Shown piece after piece: positions 63,501-64,000 of a stretch of DNA of 64,000 bases. The notes beneath the pieces were generated by a model that was given only the letters and a program-made list of their open reading frames with translations, searched no databases and was not told where the DNA came from. The first letter of the stretch is position 1. Each line of letters starts with the position of its first letter. The stretch is from Mobula hypostoma (taxonomy: Eukaryota): NCBI RefSeq assembly GCF_963921235.1, contig NC_086097.1:110052001-110116000 (forward strand). Reading direction: 5' to 3'. Made by a program: the position numbers and the translations under genes.

Positions 63501-63804
63501 AGCATCAAGCTTCATTATACCTCCCTCTTCAATGGCAGCCCTCAGTCAGTTAGGATTGGTAACAGCATCTTGTCCTCATGGCCCATCAGCATGTGTACAT
63601 TGAGGCTGTGTGCTTAGTTCCCTGTTTTAGCTCCTATACACACGATTGTAAGCACTCCTCCAATGCCATATACAAATGAGCCAACAACAGCATCATTGTT
63701 GCCTGAACAAGTGAGATAAGATATCTGGGTGAGTGTGAGTGGTGATGCAACAACAAGCCCTCGATCATCATCAGTAGTACTAAACTAACTGATTGTTGAC
63801 TTGA

Positions 63805-64000
63805 GGAACATAGAACATAGAATAGTACAGCACATTACAGGCCCTTCGGCCCACAATGTTGGGCCAACCCTCAAACCCTGCCTCCCATATAAGCCCCCAC
63901 CTTAGATTCCTCCATATACTTGTCTAGTAGTCTCTTAAACTTCAGTAGTGTATCTGCCTCCACCACTGACTCAGGCAGTGCATTCCACGCACCAACCACT
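63805..64000 (-). mobile_element. CR1 3' end (runs off the window)
   Basis: (CATAGAA)n tail; near-identical to 35975-36175. Confidence 0.9.

Overview
Vertebrate non-genic DNA that is almost entirely transposable elements. The mix of CR1, Rex1/Babar, Penelope, V-SINE, Deu-SINE and Tx1/L1 suggests a cartilaginous fish, probably a ray (inference). I found no convincing host exon, rRNA/tRNA gene or CRISPR array. The main finding is a complete two-LTR, non-autonomous Gypsy element (21416-25528, PNMA-type gag). Its RNase H/integrase core is replaced by an intronless, internally deleted fragment of a sarcomeric myosin heavy chain rod (MYH16-like, about 23700-24320), i.e. apparent capture of a host mRNA by an LTR retrotransposon. 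Also present: a decayed class-I-like endogenous retrovirus with a tRNA-Gln PBS and no recognisable RT core, carrying five nested insertions; Penelope elements with hammerhead ribozyme motifs (one intact) inserted as inverted pairs with TSDs; a 5'-intact but 3'-truncated L1 flanked by a 12-bp TSD; a full-length Tc1; two solo LTRs; and an RTE 5'+3' non-autonomous element. Family assignments come from recalled motifs, not database searches. Boundaries without a stated TSD are approximate.
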